A stretch of 63,981 nucleotides of DNA, filler included, from Lama guanicoe (lineage: Eukaryota): assembly GCA_013239625.1 (NCBI GenBank). It is 103 parts of 103 records of this genome, joined end to end, with 100 filler letters (N's around TTAATTAATTAA, not from the genome) between each part and the next. Parts side by side here need not be neighbours in the genome. Positions count along the whole stretch, not along the records: positions 61,778 to 62,102 come from PNXV01027769.1; positions 62,203 to 62,450 come from PNXV01027770.1; positions 62,551 to 63,069 come from PNXV01027771.1; positions 63,170 to 63,590 come from PNXV01027773.1; positions 63,691 to 63,981 come from PNXV01027782.1; 98 more parts are not named here. One strand, written 5' to 3'. A program made the position numbers and the translations under genes. The first letter of the stretch is position 1, and each line of letters opens with the position of its first letter. Below, in pieces: positions 61,973 to 63,981 of the stretch. The notes beneath the pieces are model-generated. The model was not told the DNA's origin. It saw only the letters and a list, made by a program, of their open reading frames with translations, and did no database searches.

Positions 61973-62083
61973 CTTCCTCCAGCTCTGCAGCACAATTTGA
62001 AAGGAAGGGTTATAGAGAGATTCAAGAAAAACCTCTTCAGCCAGCAGATAAAACCTTGCAACTTGAAATCTGAAATTAAAAAG
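61973..62083 (+). CDS. Candidate 111-bp internal exon, product unidentified
   Basis: Acceptor ttttctcattttatgcag|, donor AAG|gtatgg, length 3n. The only open frame is LPPALQHNLKGRVIERFKKNLFSQQIKPCNLKSEIKK. Confidence 0.5.
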
Positions 62084-62202
62084 GTATGGTGCTCTACATA
62101 CANNNNNNNNNNNNNNNNNNNNNNNNNNNNNNNNNNNNNNNNNNNNTTAATTAATTAANNNNNNNNNNNNNNNNNNNNNNNNNNNNNNNNNNNNNNNNNN
62201 NN

Positions 62203-62226
62203 ACACACACACACACACACACACAA
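62203..62226. repeat. (CA)n microsatellite at contig start
   Basis: About 12 AC units. Confidence 0.9.
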
Positions 62227-62700
62227 ATGAGCGTGGGAGAACGACCCAGGGCCGCTGTCCTCCCGCCCCATGGTACAGCAAAGCCCTACAGCCTAAGAAA
62301 GAGCCACACCGAGGCCACTGACCACCTGCTCTCAGGACAGAGTACAGAAGAGATGATCTCATCAGCACCATGGGACTGAAGCTGACACAAGCAAGTGGGC
62401 CTGGGCAATGTGTTCATGCAGCTGCTTTGGTACAGGGAGCAAGTTACTGCNNNNNNNNNNNNNNNNNNNNNNNNNNNNNNNNNNNNNNNNNNNNTTAATT
62501 AATTAANNNNNNNNNNNNNNNNNNNNNNNNNNNNNNNNNNNNNNNNNNNNCCAGGATTCCTGAGGGATGTTGTGTGCGTGTGTCTGTGTGTGTGCATGCT
62601 CATGCGCACACAGGGCTGTGTTGTGGGTTCAGGGGGCCACAGACTCGGGCCGGCCCCTGTGCAGGGCACAGAACACCAGGGCACAGCCTTTGCCCTTGAC

Positions 62701-62902
62701 CTGCAGGCAGAGCGGGCAGGGGTCACACTGGCCGTAATGTAGTCATGCTGGGCATGGAACTGCCCATCCGAGATGCCCTGGCAGCCTTGGTCCAGGCGGC
62801 CACTGTGCTTGTTCCCAGGAGCGAGGCTGTGGTTGGCGCAAAGAAATGCCACCTCCCTGTCGTCCTTCCCATGGACAGGGATGCCGGTGGTTTTGGAGAA
62901 TC
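62701..62902 (-). CDS. Candidate coding exon, product unidentified
   Basis: Acceptor cccttcctcctcctctag|GA at 62902. One frame is open with strong GC3 bias: FSKTTGIPVHGKDDREVAFLCANHSLAPGNKHSGRLDQGCQGISDGQFHAQHDYITA. Donor is either at 62729 (gtgtga) or 62701 (CAG|gtcaag). Confidence 0.45.
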
Positions 62903-63169
62903 CTAGAGGAGGAGGAAGGGCTTGAGCATGGCCTGTGCTCCATGTGCCCCTGGCTGTCACTTGGGGCCTCCAAGACCTTCGTCCGGCTGTGGGGTGGTGA
63001 CTGGTGGCCGAGGGCTCTCATTGCTGCTCCAGCGCTTTCCCGGGCCCGCGCCTTCCTCCCCTCCACCAGNNNNNNNNNNNNNNNNNNNNNNNNNNNNNNN
63101 NNNNNNNNNNNNNTTAATTAATTAANNNNNNNNNNNNNNNNNNNNNNNNNNNNNNNNNNNNNNNNNNNN

Positions 63170-63590
63170 CCATAAAGAAAGATAAAGGACATTTTATTAT
63201 GATTGAAGGAGTGATACAATATGAGTATAGCACACTTGTTAATACATATGCACCAAATAGATGAGCACCTAAGTACATAAAATAACTACTAACAGATATA
63301 AAGGGGGATTCATATTTGGAGATTTCAACACTGCATTTACATCACTGCACAGATCATCGAGACAGAAAATAAAATAGGCAACAGAGAAGTTAAATAATAG
63401 AATATGTGTAATACTAATATTACACTTGGTGGATATTTTCAGAGCATTGTACCCCCCAAAAAATAGGATATACATTCTTTTCCAGTGCACTTGGAACATT
63501 TTCCTGGATTCATGATGTACTTGGACACAAAAGAAACCTCGGCAATTTTAAGTATATAGAAATTACCTCAAGTGACTTTACTGACCACAA
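63170..63590 (+). mobile_element. L1 ORF2 endonuclease domain, decayed
   Basis: KKDK.GHFIMI.G.I, N.YAPN..APKYIK, GDFNT, YTFFSSA.GTFS.I..VLGHK and DH motifs, with stops. Confidence 0.93.
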
Positions 63591-63981
63591 NNNNNNNNNN
63601 NNNNNNNNNNNNNNNNNNNNNNNNNNNNNNNNNNTTAATTAATTAANNNNNNNNNNNNNNNNNNNNNNNNNNNNNNNNNNNNNNNNNNNNACAGAATAGT
63701 GAAAATCATGCTTAAGTCTCTATGTAATGACTTAATCAACTGAGATATCCCTTTACTGTGGTAATTATTATTATGGCACCTTGGAACTTACATAATTGGA
63801 TTTTTTTTTGGCTAATTTATTAGCAGTCAGATAAAGTTCTCTATTGCTATGAATGGTAACACACTATGCTACTATGTTACAACTGAAAAGTGATTATCTT
63901 TATTGGACAATATCAAATATATCAAGTTAAAAGTCAGTGGTATGTAAACTTTATTACTGCAATTTATAATGTCCCTTTTTA

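Noticed and set aside
774..63690. Regularly recurring TTAATTAATTAA palindrome separating unique segments (superficially like a CRISPR or cassette array)
   Set aside because: It is always flanked by exactly 44 Ns on each side and is a six-frame stop linker added during assembly, not biology.
1..63981. A novel multi-gene system assembled from neighbouring features (e.g. CDK16 pseudogene beside satellite A, OR beside the CCT repeat)
   Set aside because: The contigs are unlinked and under 1 kb, so adjacency in this window carries no biological information.

Overview
This window is not a contiguous locus. It is an artificial concatenation of about 103 short unplaced contigs (roughly 220-970 bp each), joined by about 102 copies of a 100-bp linker (N44-TTAATTAATTAA-N44, stop codons in all six frames), so neighbouring contigs carry no linkage information. 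The DNA is mammalian and most likely camelid (alpaca/llama/camel), inferred mainly from vic-1-type tRNA-derived SINEs alongside L1, L2, MIR, MaLR and ERV-L relics. About 28 contigs (~14.5 kb, about a quarter of the non-linker sequence) are satellite DNA: family A (GC-rich, ~267-268 bp), family B (~247-249 bp), family C (AGAATAT heptamer-derived, with 125/126-, 178- and 52-bp higher periodicities), and two diverged relatives (A' of A; D of B, showing a higher-order-repeat signature). Recognisable gene fragments are a 107-bp ANKRD26/POTE-type ankyrin exon, a disabled processed CDK16 pseudogene fragment, the 5' end of a family-2 olfactory receptor, and a few unidentified candidate exons and promoters. 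I found no evidence for a novel multi-gene system. The most interesting signals are the satellite homologies and higher-order structure, an unclassified multicopy element sampled twice, a twin-primed L1 junction, a ~632-bp CCT-tract tandem unit, and one or two possibly non-host contigs. Nearly all ORFs in the supplied track are spurious. All identities and counts are manual estimates.
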